Below, piece after piece: positions 10,118-20,056 of a stretch of DNA of 64,000 nucleotides. The DNA is from a virus. The stretch covers positions 32,001 to 96,000 of the IMG/VR virus record IMGVR_UViG_3300027782_000032. One strand, given 5' to 3'. A program made the translations under genes and the position numbers. The notes beneath the pieces were generated by a model. The model was not told where the DNA came from, searched no databases, and worked only from the letters and a program-made list of their open reading frames with translations. The stretch's first letter is position 1. Each line of letters opens with the position of its first letter.

Positions 10118-10926
10118 ATACCATTCTCCTGTATAGTGTAAACAACATCAGAAAACGGTGCCATTCTAAGATTAATTGCAGCCACGATATTGTACCCCCT
10201 TATGGTAATCAATTCCGTGTACTCATGCACTATGTATCTTCTTCCGCTGCCCTTATCCCAGATTACATCTTGGCTGCTAAGAACGGCATCGCTTATTATT
10301 CTGCAGTTTTGAGTAGCTGCTTGGCTTGAAGTTCCAACCTTTTGATCATCTTGTTTTTCAACTTCATTAGAAACCTGCATATCTACAAGTATAGGTACAG
10401 CGGCGTAATAACCAGCAACTAGGCCTGTGCCTAGACACACTTGGCAGCTGCCATCAATAGGTTCATCCGTAAGAGGGTCGGCGCACCTAGTGCATTTTGT
10501 ACCGATACGTTTTCTTTTAAATAAAACAGCGTCCGGAACAGAAACGAACCGCTTCATTCTAAGTGTTTCTTTTCTAAGTATTTCTCTAACTATTCTCCAA
10601 GTTCTGTAGTCAACTCCTGAATCAGCTGAGATTACTGGTGAATAGTATGTACCTGAGTAAGTTACTAATTTTACTCTATAGAACCAATCTAGCTCTTTAC
10701 CAAAAATCCTAGCCTCGTCGTCTACAAGAAACCAAGTATTAACAGCTGGTAGCCCTATTGATATAAAGTTAGCTGTTGTTGCAGACGAGCTTGAGCCTTG
10801 TAGTGTGAATGTGTAAGGGCCCCTATCAGTGAACAGGTGGTTAAGTTCCCATTCAACTACGGTACCTCCTGATGGAGCAAACCTTATTGAAGTCCTTTCA
10901 AACGGCTCTATTCCTTCAATAGGCAT
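10114..10926 (-). CDS. Putative neck / head-closure protein with Zn-ribbon
   Basis: 270 aa; CTRC...CQVCLGTG; position between adaptor and terminator-like genes. Confidence 0.4.
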   Translation of the reverse strand: MPIEGIEPFERTSIRFAPSGGTVVEWELNHLFTDRGPYTFTLQGSSSSATTANFISIGLPAVNTWFLVDDEARIFGKELDWFYRVKLVTYSGTYYSPVISADSGVDYRTWRIVREILRKETLRMKRFVSVPDAVLFKRKRIGTKCTRCADPLTDEPIDGSCQVCLGTGLVAGYYAAVPILVDMQVSNEVEKQDDQKVGTSSQAATQNCRIISDAVLSSQDVIWDKGSGRRYIVHEYTELITIRGYNIVAAINLRMAPFSDVVYTIQENGI

Positions 10927-11258
10927 GGTCGATTCCTCACCTTATTAAAGTGGTCTTCGCAATCCTTAACTACATTAGTATTCCAAGACAGGTAAGAATG
11001 AAGGTGGCCAAAAACAAAGTGGCAGTTACTAGGCTTAGAGCACAGAACGATAAAGTTATCATCGTCAAGCTCCTTAGTTGGATCTACTTGTACTGGTATT
11101 TTATGATGCACAACAAGGTTTTTAGATGCTCCACAAGCTGCGCACTTCTTACCCTTTATAAAGTTATCACGTTTGGCTGGCCACTTACCTGACCTGACGC
11201 CTAGAATCCAGCTAAGTGTGTCTAGAGTAGCTATGCCTACTGATTTTAAAGTTATCAC
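10908..11258 (-). CDS. HNH endonuclease
   Basis: CAACG...VHHKIP...NFIVLC...CHFVFGH: HNH motif with zinc ligands. Confidence 0.8.
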   Translation of the reverse strand: MITLKSVGIATLDTLSWILGVRSGKWPAKRDNFIKGKKCAACGASKNLVVHHKIPVQVDPTKELDDDNFIVLCSKPSNCHFVFGHLHSYLSWNTNVVKDCEDHFNKVRNRPCLLKE

Positions 11259-12202
11259 CTGTACCTTCCAAACCCATCATAGGTAGAGCCAAAAGAGCCA
11301 TCCCAGGCTTCTTTGTTGATCTGAATCTTTGTCATCTTTACCCACTTGAGATAATCTTGAAGCATCCTGTCGCCTATAGTCTCGTACTCTTGCGATTTGT
11401 TCTTGTCGTCTATAGCTAAACCGCCTGCAGTATAGTTTAATTGGTTTCTTCTGTAGTGCTTTGCAGCTGCTAAGTAAAGCTCACCCATGATACCGTTAAG
11501 CATTACAGATGGTTTTGGAAAGTTCTTAGTGCTGAACGTAACTCTAACCCTAGGCTGCATTGTATTCCAATGCTGAACGCAAAGTATCATTGCTTCGCAT
11601 ATCTCAGGAAGGTCGAACTCTAAGGTATTTAGAAGTGGATTGTCCTCTGGGGAACTATCCCTGAGATACAACCTTACTTCGTTTATGGATGGAAGACCCC
11701 TGCCGTTGTCGCTTCCAGAAGATGAGAACTGGCTTTTTTCTACAACTAGATAAAACTGCGATGAATGAATTAGCTCACTTGAGGCTGACATTACTCCCCA
11801 GTTAGCTTGAAATATTCCATTTAGATCAGTTGCGGTTACTGGAATCTTGGCTCTTACAACGCCGGCTGCAGCGTTTACAAAAACACCTTCTATATCTACT
11901 ACTGGAATTACAGAATTAGTGTCGAATACTTCTCTGGCTTTAAGTAGCACTTTACCTTGAAGCGCAGAGCTGCTTGAAGAACTTACAGAGCTTGAATAGT
12001 TCTCAAATCCGCATGACTCGAAGTTTATAGGTCTACCTTCTAAGTCTCTAAGAACCATTTCTATTACTGGCGCCATACCTTGTGATGTAACCAGTGCCTG
12101 TGTTTTACTTAGTATAGGCCTTCCGTCAACCCTAGTAATGCTTGGGCGTAGTACTAACTGATCTGAGCACTCAATGATTGACGGGTCCATGTCATCCTCC
12201 AA
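11255..12202 (-). CDS. Putative head-tail adaptor / neck protein
   Basis: 315 aa; beta-rich N-domain plus helical C-domain (RNQLNYTAGGLAIDDKNK); position downstream of capsid genes. Confidence 0.45.
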   Translation of the reverse strand: MEDDMDPSIIECSDQLVLRPSITRVDGRPILSKTQALVTSQGMAPVIEMVLRDLEGRPINFESCGFENYSSSVSSSSSSALQGKVLLKAREVFDTNSVIPVVDIEGVFVNAAAGVVRAKIPVTATDLNGIFQANWGVMSASSELIHSSQFYLVVEKSQFSSSGSDNGRGLPSINEVRLYLRDSSPEDNPLLNTLEFDLPEICEAMILCVQHWNTMQPRVRVTFSTKNFPKPSVMLNGIMGELYLAAAKHYRRNQLNYTAGGLAIDDKNKSQEYETIGDRMLQDYLKWVKMTKIQINKEAWDGSFGSTYDGFGRYR

Positions 12203-12207
12203 ATGCC

Positions 12208-13467
12208 CTATATTTTACATACGCCTGGCTGGTGTTGTCCTTTCAAAGCGCATAAGTCAGCGTAAACATATAGGATATTGTTGTTCTTGTGGAACTCCGA
12301 GGGTGCCTCTGTCCATATCCTTGCTGCTTGAAATCTACAGGTTATCTCAGGCACATACTTGGAGTAGTTCCTATCAGTATAGTACCAAAAAGAGTTCTGA
12401 TTGATATAGTTAATGTGAGTGGGATCTTGGTAAGCCCCTCTACCATCAGAGCTAGGAGTTCCAGATATAATGAAGCCGCCTGGAGCAAGAACTCTGTAAA
12501 AGTCGTTCATACACCAGACAAACTTATCTCTAGGCAAGTGCTCAAAGAAATCGAATGCTCTAAGAATGCCGACAGAGTTATCAGCAAATGGAAGAGGAGA
12601 CTCACCTACTCTATGAATGATATGAGCGTTCTTTACGTCTAAGCTCTTAAAGTTCTTAGGTGAGTTGAAGCCACCACCTAAGTCTATCATCTCTAGATTT
12701 TCTCTTCTGCACCACTCACCGCACAGCTTATGCAAGTATCTGTTGTAAGTGTTGTTCTGAATACGTGCTATGTCTGGACCCTTCTTTATAAAAGAGTTAG
12801 ACTTCTTTGGGTCTAATACCCTTCTATACAGGTACAAGCAGTCTTCGTGGTAGATAAACTTAGACCCTGACATGTAAGTTCTGCACACTAGGTCATGATC
12901 GTCTCCTACATCCATGCTGGCGTCGTGGCCTCCAGCTGCGTAGTATACATCTCTGTGCCATGCCCTTACGTGGTTAGGAGCGTAGTAGATCTGGCCTATT
13001 GTGCTTGGAGTATGTGGAAAGCATTTATGGGCTACGTATTTTGCACCGTCATATTCAAAGTCGTAGGTCTTCCAACCGTACATGTTGTTATAGATCTCTG
13101 CAGATCCATTTGGAAAGAAGCTAGCAAAGTCAGAGTAATGGAAGGCTGGACCCTGCTTCTCATGTTCCTCAGCCAGCCTCTGTAAAGCCCAAGGAACCAA
13201 GAAGTCGTCATGGTCTAGTTCTACGTAGATGTCGCCTGTGGCTTGTGAGCAAGCAAAGTTCTTAAGAGCTCCTATTTTGCTTTCAGCACTAGGTCTTATA
13301 ATTACTTTGGGGTCATTAAATATGTCTGTTGGTATTACTGGAGCAGGAGATCCGTTCGGTACTATAATCCATTCCCACTCTGTATGGGTCTGTTTCTTCA
13401 AGCTTTCATAACATTCGTGTAGCCAAGTCGGGTCGTTAGTTGGTGTAAATATGCTAAACTTGATCAC
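12208..13467 (-). CDS. GT2 glycosyltransferase fused to a SAM-methyltransferase-like domain
   Basis: FSIFTPT, WEWIIV, VELDHDD (DxD) and DHDLVCR are GT2 motifs; C-terminal IDLGGG, LPFADNSV, VLAPGG are class I MTase-like. Confidence 0.85.
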   Translation of the reverse strand: MIKFSIFTPTNDPTWLHECYESLKKQTHTEWEWIIVPNGSPAPVIPTDIFNDPKVIIRPSAESKIGALKNFACSQATGDIYVELDHDDFLVPWALQRLAEEHEKQGPAFHYSDFASFFPNGSAEIYNNMYGWKTYDFEYDGAKYVAHKCFPHTPSTIGQIYYAPNHVRAWHRDVYYAAGGHDASMDVGDDHDLVCRTYMSGSKFIYHEDCLYLYRRVLDPKKSNSFIKKGPDIARIQNNTYNRYLHKLCGEWCRRENLEMIDLGGGFNSPKNFKSLDVKNAHIIHRVGESPLPFADNSVGILRAFDFFEHLPRDKFVWCMNDFYRVLAPGGFIISGTPSSDGRGAYQDPTHINYINQNSFWYYTDRNYSKYVPEITCRFQAARIWTEAPSEFHKNNNILYVYADLCALKGQHQPGVCKI

Positions 13468-13552
13468 AAAGTCCTTCTTTCTTATTCGTAATGGGTTACA
13501 GCCACGCCCATAGAATAGCGAGTATTGAATTCAATTTCCAGTGGTATTAAAT

Positions 13553-13582
13553 AAAAAAAGCCCTGGACTAATCCAGGGCTTT
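13553..13582 (-). terminator. Intrinsic terminator
   Basis: AAAGCCCTGGA-CTAA-TCCAGGGCTTT with A/T tracts on both sides. Confidence 0.85.
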
Positions 13583-13601
13583 AGTTTTTTTATTAATACA
13601 A

Positions 13602-13934
13602 TTAAATGGAGCTTGAGTAAGCTATACCGCAAGGATTAGCAGTGCTTATAACATTGTTAGCTACTTTAATCGTCTTAGTTACGTCAAGTGTTTCGTCGTA
13701 AAAAAGAGGAGAAGGAGTGCTTACAACAACAATGTCTCCTGACTTGACTGCAGTAATAAAGGCTTCTCTCTTCCTTTTGGAAGTGATTGCCTGAAGAAGC
13801 CCAGTCGGAGATCCGAAGAAGGTATACTCATCGCCGGCTACCAGCCTCTTCCCATGAGGAGGAAGAAAGCCAAAGACAGCGGTCTTTCCAGACATGTTTC
13901 TTACCTTAGTTTCTAAGCAAGTAGAGTCAGCCAT
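13602..13934 (-). CDS. Hypothetical protein (head module)
   Basis: 110 aa with SD GGAG; last gene before the terminator. Confidence 0.55.
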   Translation of the reverse strand: MADSTCLETKVRNMSGKTAVFGFLPPHGKRLVAGDEYTFFGSPTGLLQAITSKRKREAFITAVKSGDIVVVSTPSPLFYDETLDVTKTIKVANNVISTANPCGIAYSSSI

Positions 13935-13957
13935 TGTAACCTCCTAGATTACTATTA

Positions 13958-14356
13958 TTAAGCAGAGATCTGTTTAGCAATTGCTCCGTGATAGGTAAGC
14001 ACTGCATCTACTAGATCAGGCCTTGCAGCTAGTTCATAAGATGCTTGCTTTACAGCAGAGCTAATGCCGTTATTGTTATTATTAGTTCCTGTTACCAAAC
14101 CATTAAGCTGGTTATTAGCTAGCTTAAGCAGATTAGTTTGGTTGGAAGCACTTTTAACGCTCTGTTGAGCGCTAGCTTCGCCAAGCCTTGCGGCCATTTC
14201 AAGAAGACTGGAAACTTCTTCATCGTTCTGTGGAACAATGTTAAAGTCGTTAGCCAACTTTTCAAGGAACACAGGGATAAACACCTCACGAACTAATGTA
14301 GCGTGAGCTGTTTGAGCTTGGTTGAGTTCTTCATTTGTAAGATTAGACATTGTCAC
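13958..14356 (-). CDS. Hypothetical head-associated protein with K-x-A motifs
   Basis: 132 aa; EKLA, VKSAS, VKQAS. Confidence 0.5.
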   Translation of the reverse strand: MTMSNLTNEELNQAQTAHATLVREVFIPVFLEKLANDFNIVPQNDEEVSSLLEMAARLGEASAQQSVKSASNQTNLLKLANNQLNGLVTGTNNNNNGISSAVKQASYELAARPDLVDAVLTYHGAIAKQISA

Positions 14357-14373
14357 TCTCCAAACCTAAATTT

Positions 14374-14399
14374 AAAAGGGGCTGCCGTTAAGCAGCCCC
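14374..14399 (-). terminator. Intrinsic terminator after the major capsid gene
   Basis: GGGGCTGC/GCAGCCCC 8-bp stem followed by TTTT on the minus strand. Confidence 0.8.
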
Positions 14400-14406
14400 A
14401 GAACAA

Positions 14407-15336
14407 TTACGCAAAGTCAACACGGGCAACTGCGTTGGTATTGCCGATGGCACCACCAAGAGTTTCATAGGCAAAGAATTCTAACATGTAGGCCTTTCGG
14501 TCCACATAAAGAGTTGTATCTTCAAGAATGAACGACTTGCCCAGGAACTTAGGATCAGCGAACATAAACACGCTGTCAGTAGGAACCAAGTCCTGCTTGA
14601 TGGAGATGATCCAACGAGCATTCATGAAGTTCTGTTCCGACCAGCCGTTTTTGAATACGTCCTGACTGAAGTCACCACCCATTTCCTCACGACCGAATTT
14701 CATCAGTTCGCGAATGGTAAGGTTGTTGACCAAGCAGGTACCTACTTCAAGTCGACTGATAGTTCTTGGAAGAATCTTGAAAGAGTCTTGCAAGGTGTCG
14801 CGGGTGATACCACCGTAGATGGTTTCCCACTGCACTAAGCCTGACTGAGTTACAGTAGTATCTGCAGCTCCGCCCATGGCAGCATTACAAGCAGCAATGA
14901 ATTTACGATCTTCTTCCGCTAACATATCCTTAATGGCATTATCCGAGAGGATCTGCCTGATATCCATGCGGTAAGTACGAAGTTCATCTACGTCCTTTGT
15001 GAATCGTGGGGTCACGATACGGTCAAAGGTTACTCGGTATTTCTGTCCACGAACATAAAGGTTCATAGGAAGAGTATTGAAAGGAATCGAGATTGCTGCT
15101 GGAGAATCAGGTTCACGTTCAATAATCTTTACAGGCTTATCAGTGTCGACTTGTTGATCAAGGTCGTCATTGCTGACCTGTACTGGTGGAAGAATTCTTC
15201 GGTAGAAGCCTTCTTCACGCATCCTGTACCTGGTGTAGTCGACCACTGCATCGAGTGCTCGCTTTTCCATTCCAGGAGTTTCAAGGTAGCTAAGGAACGT
15301 TTCGTTCGTCAGCTTAGTTTCATTATCGTAAGCCAT
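14407..15336 (-). CDS. Major capsid protein (HK97-fold, inferred)
   Basis: 309 aa downstream of protease/scaffold/decoration genes and followed by a terminator; EEDRKF and C-terminal ETLGGAIGNTNAVARVDF resemble capsid P-domain elements. Confidence 0.75.
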   Translation of the reverse strand: MAYDNETKLTNETFLSYLETPGMEKRALDAVVDYTRYRMREEGFYRRILPPVQVSNDDLDQQVDTDKPVKIIEREPDSPAAISIPFNTLPMNLYVRGQKYRVTFDRIVTPRFTKDVDELRTYRMDIRQILSDNAIKDMLAEEDRKFIAACNAAMGGAADTTVTQSGLVQWETIYGGITRDTLQDSFKILPRTISRLEVGTCLVNNLTIRELMKFGREEMGGDFSQDVFKNGWSEQNFMNARWIISIKQDLVPTDSVFMFADPKFLGKSFILEDTTLYVDRKAYMLEFFAYETLGGAIGNTNAVARVDFA

Positions 15337-15353
15337 GGTAACTATCCTCCTGT

Positions 15354-15926
15354 TTAGTAGCCGGTTTTGCCTGGTTTGTAGGTGGGCCAGAACGCTAATA
15401 CGTTATTGCGATCTGACTGGCGTTTACGAACGCCTCGAGAAACAACACCTACTACAGCGGTAGGATTAGTACTGCTGCTAAGAGCCGAAGAGTTTTCTAA
15501 GGTAACAACACTAGCGTTAGTCAAAAGACCACCATCAGTGCTGCTGTTAGAGCTGCTCTTGCATCGAAGAAAATCATTAGGAGCATAGGTACGAGCTGTA
15601 TCAAACTCAGTAGTCTCAAGCTCATAAGAGCCTTTAGCTACTAAACCAGTGATAACACCTGTTGGCCCGATAGGGTACCAAGTGGTTCCACCAGTGTTAG
15701 AGACATCGTTGTCATCGCTGTTTTGAAGAATGAAGATCGGCATCTGACTGCCGGTACAGCCGAGTTCAAACTCGCCTGTTGCATTAAGATGAACGCATCT
15801 TCCAGCGTACACAGTCGTTACAGTTACATTACTTGACAGCTTGGCCGTGTAGTCCAGAGCTGCCATATGAAACCAACCCTTGATCGCATCAAGAGTGTGG
15901 TCAAACATCTGACGTGGCGTTGCCAT
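15354..15926 (-). CDS. Putative capsid decoration / cement protein
   Basis: 190 aa beta-rich protein just upstream of MCP; VYAGRCV, VVGVVS. Confidence 0.5.
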   Translation of the reverse strand: MATPRQMFDHTLDAIKGWFHMAALDYTAKLSSNVTVTTVYAGRCVHLNATGEFELGCTGSQMPIFILQNSDDNDVSNTGGTTWYPIGPTGVITGLVAKGSYELETTEFDTARTYAPNDFLRCKSSSNSSTDGGLLTNASVVTLENSSALSSSTNPTAVVGVVSRGVRKRQSDRNNVLAFWPTYKPGKTGY

Positions 15927-15990
15927 TATATAGACCTCCGTGTCTGTTAAGGCTACCGACCTGAGGAGCGCGAGTTAAATAAACCAGTAC

Positions 15991-16377
15991 TTAGAGACCT
16001 AAGTGCTGGCGAAAACGACGATCAGACTCACGCTCAGAAGTAGTCCGTCGTCCCACATAAGGATCATTAAGAGAATCATAACTGCTAGCTTGCTTTTCGG
16101 TTTTACCCAAAGCTTTTGGCTTAACAGTGCGGTTAACGTCGGCGGCCTTAATGAGGATCTCAAGGGCCTTAGCATGATTCGTTAAAGCTGATGCAGCCTT
16201 CTCACGATCAGCTGGATCAATTCTTTCAAATTGAATAAGAGCATCAACAGCCTTAGGTAAAAGGTCGTTAATACGGTCATCAGCTGCTCGCTTTTCGTTA
16301 AGTCGCTTTTCAGCAACGTCTAGAGCGGCTTCTACACATTGAATGTAATCAACTGTTTTTTCTACAAAGTTAGACAT
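15991..16377 (-). CDS. Small scaffold-like head protein
   Basis: Helical, charged; EKQASSY; start refined to the ATG after SD GGAG. Confidence 0.45.
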   Translation of the reverse strand: MSNFVEKTVDYIQCVEAALDVAEKRLNEKRAADDRINDLLPKAVDALIQFERIDPADREKAASALTNHAKALEILIKAADVNRTVKPKALGKTEKQASSYDSLNDPYVGRRTTSERESDRRFRQHLGL

Positions 16378-16394
16378 TAAAGTTATCTCCAATA

Positions 16395-17648
16395 TTATCC
16401 AATTATGTCACGAACACACAGTTTAATTTGGTCACGCAAGTTTCTTTGCTGAGCAGTCTTAGCTTCCGTAAACTTGAACTTACCTGCTTTACGGTAGTGC
16501 TGAGCATACTTAACCAAGTTAACTAGATCTTTTGTGACTGCCTTATTAGCAGAAGCCATTTTGGCAGCTTCAGGAGGCATACCACCCATCATCGCTGGGT
16601 CCATAGGAGGAGCACCACCGGCCATAGCAGGATCCATTGGAGGAGCGCCACCTTCAGCAGGAGCGCCGCCACCTTGAATCATCGCAAGGAGCTCAGCGGG
16701 GTCGATGCCTTGTTCTTGAAGAGCCATAAGAAGTTCTTGAGCCGCGTCGTCAGGGCTGGCGCCACCTTCTGGTGCAGCGCCCTCTCCAGCCATTTGCGAC
16801 ATCATTGAAGGGTCTACATCCATTCCGCCTTCGGATTCTTCTGCAGCCTCTTCTTCGCCTGATTCTTCGGACTCGTGCTCAGGACCAGCAGCTTCACCTT
16901 CAGCAGCTTTTACAAACTCTGTAAGGTAGCTGCCAACCATTGCTGCTTTTTCGAGGCCATCAAAGATGGTAGATTCGATTGAGCCTGCAACAGCTTCCTG
17001 GGCTTGTTTAACAATTTCAGCATGCTGCTCATTAGACAAGGAAGCAGCTGCTTCTCCTGCTGCTGCAGCTTTGCTTGTTTCTTCTTCTTTTTTATCGGAA
17101 GGATTGTCTTTTTTCTTTTGCTTCATCTTTTCTAGAATAAAAGGGGGCATCTTACTTTCTGCCTCCTTATTATTGTGATGAGCTGCAATATCAGCAAGAA
17201 GGTCATTAGCCTTCTTTTCTGTAAGAGCTCTGAGTGCGCTGAAGTTCATAGAGCTGTACTTCTCGCCTTCGCTAGCCTTAGCTGGGTGAGTTGTGCCTGG
17301 ATCTTCTTTATCACCCTTGTAGTTGTCTTCGTTAGAAGGGTCTTCACCAGTAGAGGTGCTGGTGATGCCTACATTGAGTTGTTGATCTTCTTGCGAAGGA
17401 GAGTTATCACTAGCGGAGTCTACTCCACCGGTAGAAATTGTCTTCTTTACATCAGATGTGTTTTCTTGCGAACGTTGTCCTTCGCTGGCAGGCTGAGTGC
17501 TATCCTCTACGTCTTTGCTAGGATGACTAGTTGCGCCGCCTTGGCTGCCTGGTTCGGTGTTGGCAGCTGCTCTCTTCTTTACGGAAGCTTGCTTTTCGTT
17601 TTCAACTTCGGAAAGGAACTCTCGAAGCTGGTCAAATAGCTGTGGCAT
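16395..17648 (-). CDS. Putative prohead scaffolding protein
   Basis: 417 aa acidic and disordered, many K-x-A motifs, between protease and capsid genes; PPMDPAM repeats. Confidence 0.55.
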   Translation of the reverse strand: MPQLFDQLREFLSEVENEKQASVKKRAAANTEPGSQGGATSHPSKDVEDSTQPASEGQRSQENTSDVKKTISTGGVDSASDNSPSQEDQQLNVGITSTSTGEDPSNEDNYKGDKEDPGTTHPAKASEGEKYSSMNFSALRALTEKKANDLLADIAAHHNNKEAESKMPPFILEKMKQKKKDNPSDKKEEETSKAAAAGEAAASLSNEQHAEIVKQAQEAVAGSIESTIFDGLEKAAMVGSYLTEFVKAAEGEAAGPEHESEESGEEEAAEESEGGMDVDPSMMSQMAGEGAAPEGGASPDDAAQELLMALQEQGIDPAELLAMIQGGGAPAEGGAPPMDPAMAGGAPPMDPAMMGGMPPEAAKMASANKAVTKDLVNLVKYAQHYRKAGKFKFTEAKTAQQRNLRDQIKLCVRDIIG

Positions 17649-17795
17649 TGTGAATTTACTCCTTTATACATCAACGTGTTGAGGACAACTATCCTTAGTC
17701 GTCCCAGAGTGTTACTCTCACGTCTTTATTGATTCTGTACACTACTTCAAAAACGTGCAATAGCTTATTTGCACTTTTTTACAATCTTTTATTAA

Positions 17796-19232
17796 TTAGC
17801 AGATGACGTTGTAAGCAAGAACAGCCCTTCGATAGTTGTGTTCTGCCGTTTCGTTCGCTGATGCCGCCTTGATCCACTGAAGCTGATGAACTGCATAAGC
17901 TTTAGCTAATGCTTCATATTTATCTGATGTTTCAGCTGTTTTATCCATTTGCTTAATAATGTTAGGAAGCCTAAACCCTGAAATAACAGCCATGTGTACG
18001 CTGCTCTCTAGGCTCTTGTTACTAACAGAGTGGGCAGCTGCACACTTGTAAGCTTCCATGTTTTGTTTTTCTGTAGAAATACTTAATGAAGGGTCTGAGT
18101 TCCTGTCAGCAAGCTTTTCAATAGTGGAGACGTCTCCAATGATCCTACTGAAGACTCCTGGCATGTATTTCTTTACTTCGCTGGCAAGTTTGTCATGCCC
18201 CTTAGCTAGCAACCAGTCTTCCAAAGAAATAATTATCCCCTGCTTAGCACATGCTGACCAAGGGAAGGAGCCGCCCATTGCTGCTTGTTTCCAGAACGGT
18301 AACGGTCTAACTCTAGCATTGATAGTAGCTAGAAGCACTGGGCTGTAAGCACTTGCAGACTTTTCAAGCTCAGCCATCTTAACAGCTGCTTCGACCATTT
18401 TCGTGATGTCAGCAGAAAGGTCTCCACCTAGCACTCCTACTGGAGCGCCGACGCCAGCAAGTTCAGCTAGTTCAGCTCCGCCAGCTACATACACGCCTGA
18501 AGCTGCTTTATAATGACCTACTACCCAAGCTATGCGGTCTGCTGGTCTATAAACGTCGCTAATATCGAACCAAGTTGGATTGGGGTTATCTACATGCAAT
18601 ACGTGTCCGTCTGAAGCAACCTTGGTAAGGTTACCTCGGCAGCCGCCGTACTTGCACATGTCTTCAGTACAGTATTCGTCTCTGTTTCTAGCTTTGTTAC
18701 CGCAGCCTGAACAGACGTCATGAGCTACTCGGCACGCCATGCTGACGCCCCAGTTATCATCTCCAGAAGCAATCTTCTGCATTTCCTTGTCAGCTACTAG
18801 ACCTTTGTTTCGTTCTGCAGCTTCTTTAGTTGAATTAAGTGCAACTATTAGTTCGACTCTCTTCATCTTGTCATTGAACATGGAAGCTTTAACTAAGCCA
18901 TAGCTTTGTTGTGGGTCTTTATTCTTATGGTTTCTGTACCATCTAGCGTGCTTTACGAACGTGTCATGGTACTTGCGGCATGTGGCTTCTTTGAAACCAT
19001 CACCGTTTCTATTTGGTCCGTAAGCTTCTGTAGCTCCTATAGCTATCATGTGTATAGGTTGCTCACCAGGCTTGAAGTCTATTCCTTTTAGAAGATGGGC
19101 AGCGCCGTCTCCAGCTCTCTTAATAAACGATGACAGGTCTGATCCTACTAAGCCTTTAGAGGATACCTTAATTAGGGAGCTTACTGAATCTCCGAAGTCC
19201 TGAGAGTTCGGAGCTATAATTTTGATCATCAT
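17796..19232 (-). CDS. Prohead maturation protease (serine protease, HK97/assemblin-type, inferred)
   Basis: NRNGDGF ... RNH ... GVSMAC-V---CSGCGN pattern characteristic of phage prohead proteases; upstream of scaffold and MCP. Confidence 0.7.
   Translation of the reverse strand: MMIKIIAPNSQDFGDSVSSLIKVSSKGLVGSDLSSFIKRAGDGAAHLLKGIDFKPGEQPIHMIAIGATEAYGPNRNGDGFKEATCRKYHDTFVKHARWYRNHKNKDPQQSYGLVKASMFNDKMKRVELIVALNSTKEAAERNKGLVADKEMQKIASGDDNWGVSMACRVAHDVCSGCGNKARNRDEYCTEDMCKYGGCRGNLTKVASDGHVLHVDNPNPTWFDISDVYRPADRIAWVVGHYKAASGVYVAGGAELAELAGVGAPVGVLGGDLSADITKMVEAAVKMAELEKSASAYSPVLLATINARVRPLPFWKQAAMGGSFPWSACAKQGIIISLEDWLLAKGHDKLASEVKKYMPGVFSRIIGDVSTIEKLADRNSDPSLSISTEKQNMEAYKCAAAHSVSNKSLESSVHMAVISGFRLPNIIKQMDKTAETSDKYEALAKAYAVHQLQWIKAASANETAEHNYRRAVLAYNVIC
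18124..18139. repeat. Dispersed palindrome copy 3 (GTGGAGACGTCTCCAA)
   Basis: One terminal mismatch; encodes IGDVST on the minus strand. Confidence 0.9.
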
Positions 19233-19287
19233 AAGTAGGCATCCTCAAAATTGTTGTATTATTTGTTTTTAAATACTTACTTACGGA

Positions 19288-20013
19288 TTAGGGTTGGTTT
19301 TTAGGGTCATTCATGTGGTACCCCTCGTTTGCACCAAAAGCGGTGTAAGCCGCAATAAGTGAGGCTAGAGTCATGGCTTTGGTAGCTTTTTGCGCTCTGG
19401 AGGAGTGTACTCCGTGAGGGTTAATAGCTTTTAAAGTTGGGTTAATTGCGTAACGAGTAAGAGCTAAGCCCTTCGCAGCATTTAACGCCCCTCCTTCAAT
19501 TGCGTTTGCTTGATCAAGCGTTATTCCGTAGTCGTTTGGGTCTCGCAGCGGAGGCGCTCCTGCTACTGTAGGCGCTGAAGCTGCTGTAGGGTTTGATTGA
19601 TTAGCAGCCAAAGTTGCAGAGACTACTGCAGGATTGGGTGAAGTAGTAGTTGGTGGAGTAGGTGCTGGTGAAGTAGCAGTAGCTGCAGCAGAGGCAGCTG
19701 GACTATTAGATAGCATATCCTCTATTGAGCCTCCACCGTAATAGCCTAAGGCTCCGCCTGGAATAGCTCCGGCCATTGCTCCGTACAAGGCGTCGCTTGC
19801 GTTTAAATCTTTACCTTTTAAGTAGTTTAGTCCTAAAGTCGCTAGACCGCCTCCTCCGCCGCCTATAGCTGCGCCTATCAAAGCGTTTCTAGTGTCTTTG
19901 TCTATTGCTCTTTTTTCATATGATACCTTTTGAACATCGGCATACCTTTGAGATAGCAGCTCGACAGCTTCACTAGCTGTTTTGTTGAAAAGGCTTTCAA
20001 TAAGCTTGGACAT
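19288..20013 (-). CDS. Glycine-zipper protein, putative internal head / ejection protein
   Basis: ALIGAAIGGGGGGLATLG and GAMAGAIPGGALGYYGG segments; NKTAS, EKRA motifs. Confidence 0.5.
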   Translation of the reverse strand: MSKLIESLFNKTASEAVELLSQRYADVQKVSYEKRAIDKDTRNALIGAAIGGGGGGLATLGLNYLKGKDLNASDALYGAMAGAIPGGALGYYGGGSIEDMLSNSPAASAAATATSPAPTPPTTTSPNPAVVSATLAANQSNPTAASAPTVAGAPPLRDPNDYGITLDQANAIEGGALNAAKGLALTRYAINPTLKAINPHGVHSSRAQKATKAMTLASLIAAYTAFGANEGYHMNDPKNQP

Positions 20014-20056
20014 TACTGTCTCCTAGTTAACTATGGATTAATTCAGAGCGTTGCTC

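Noticed and set aside
13524-13535. Perfect 12-bp palindrome ATTGAATTCAAT upstream of the GT2 gene
   Set aside because: Single AT-rich occurrence; plausible by chance.
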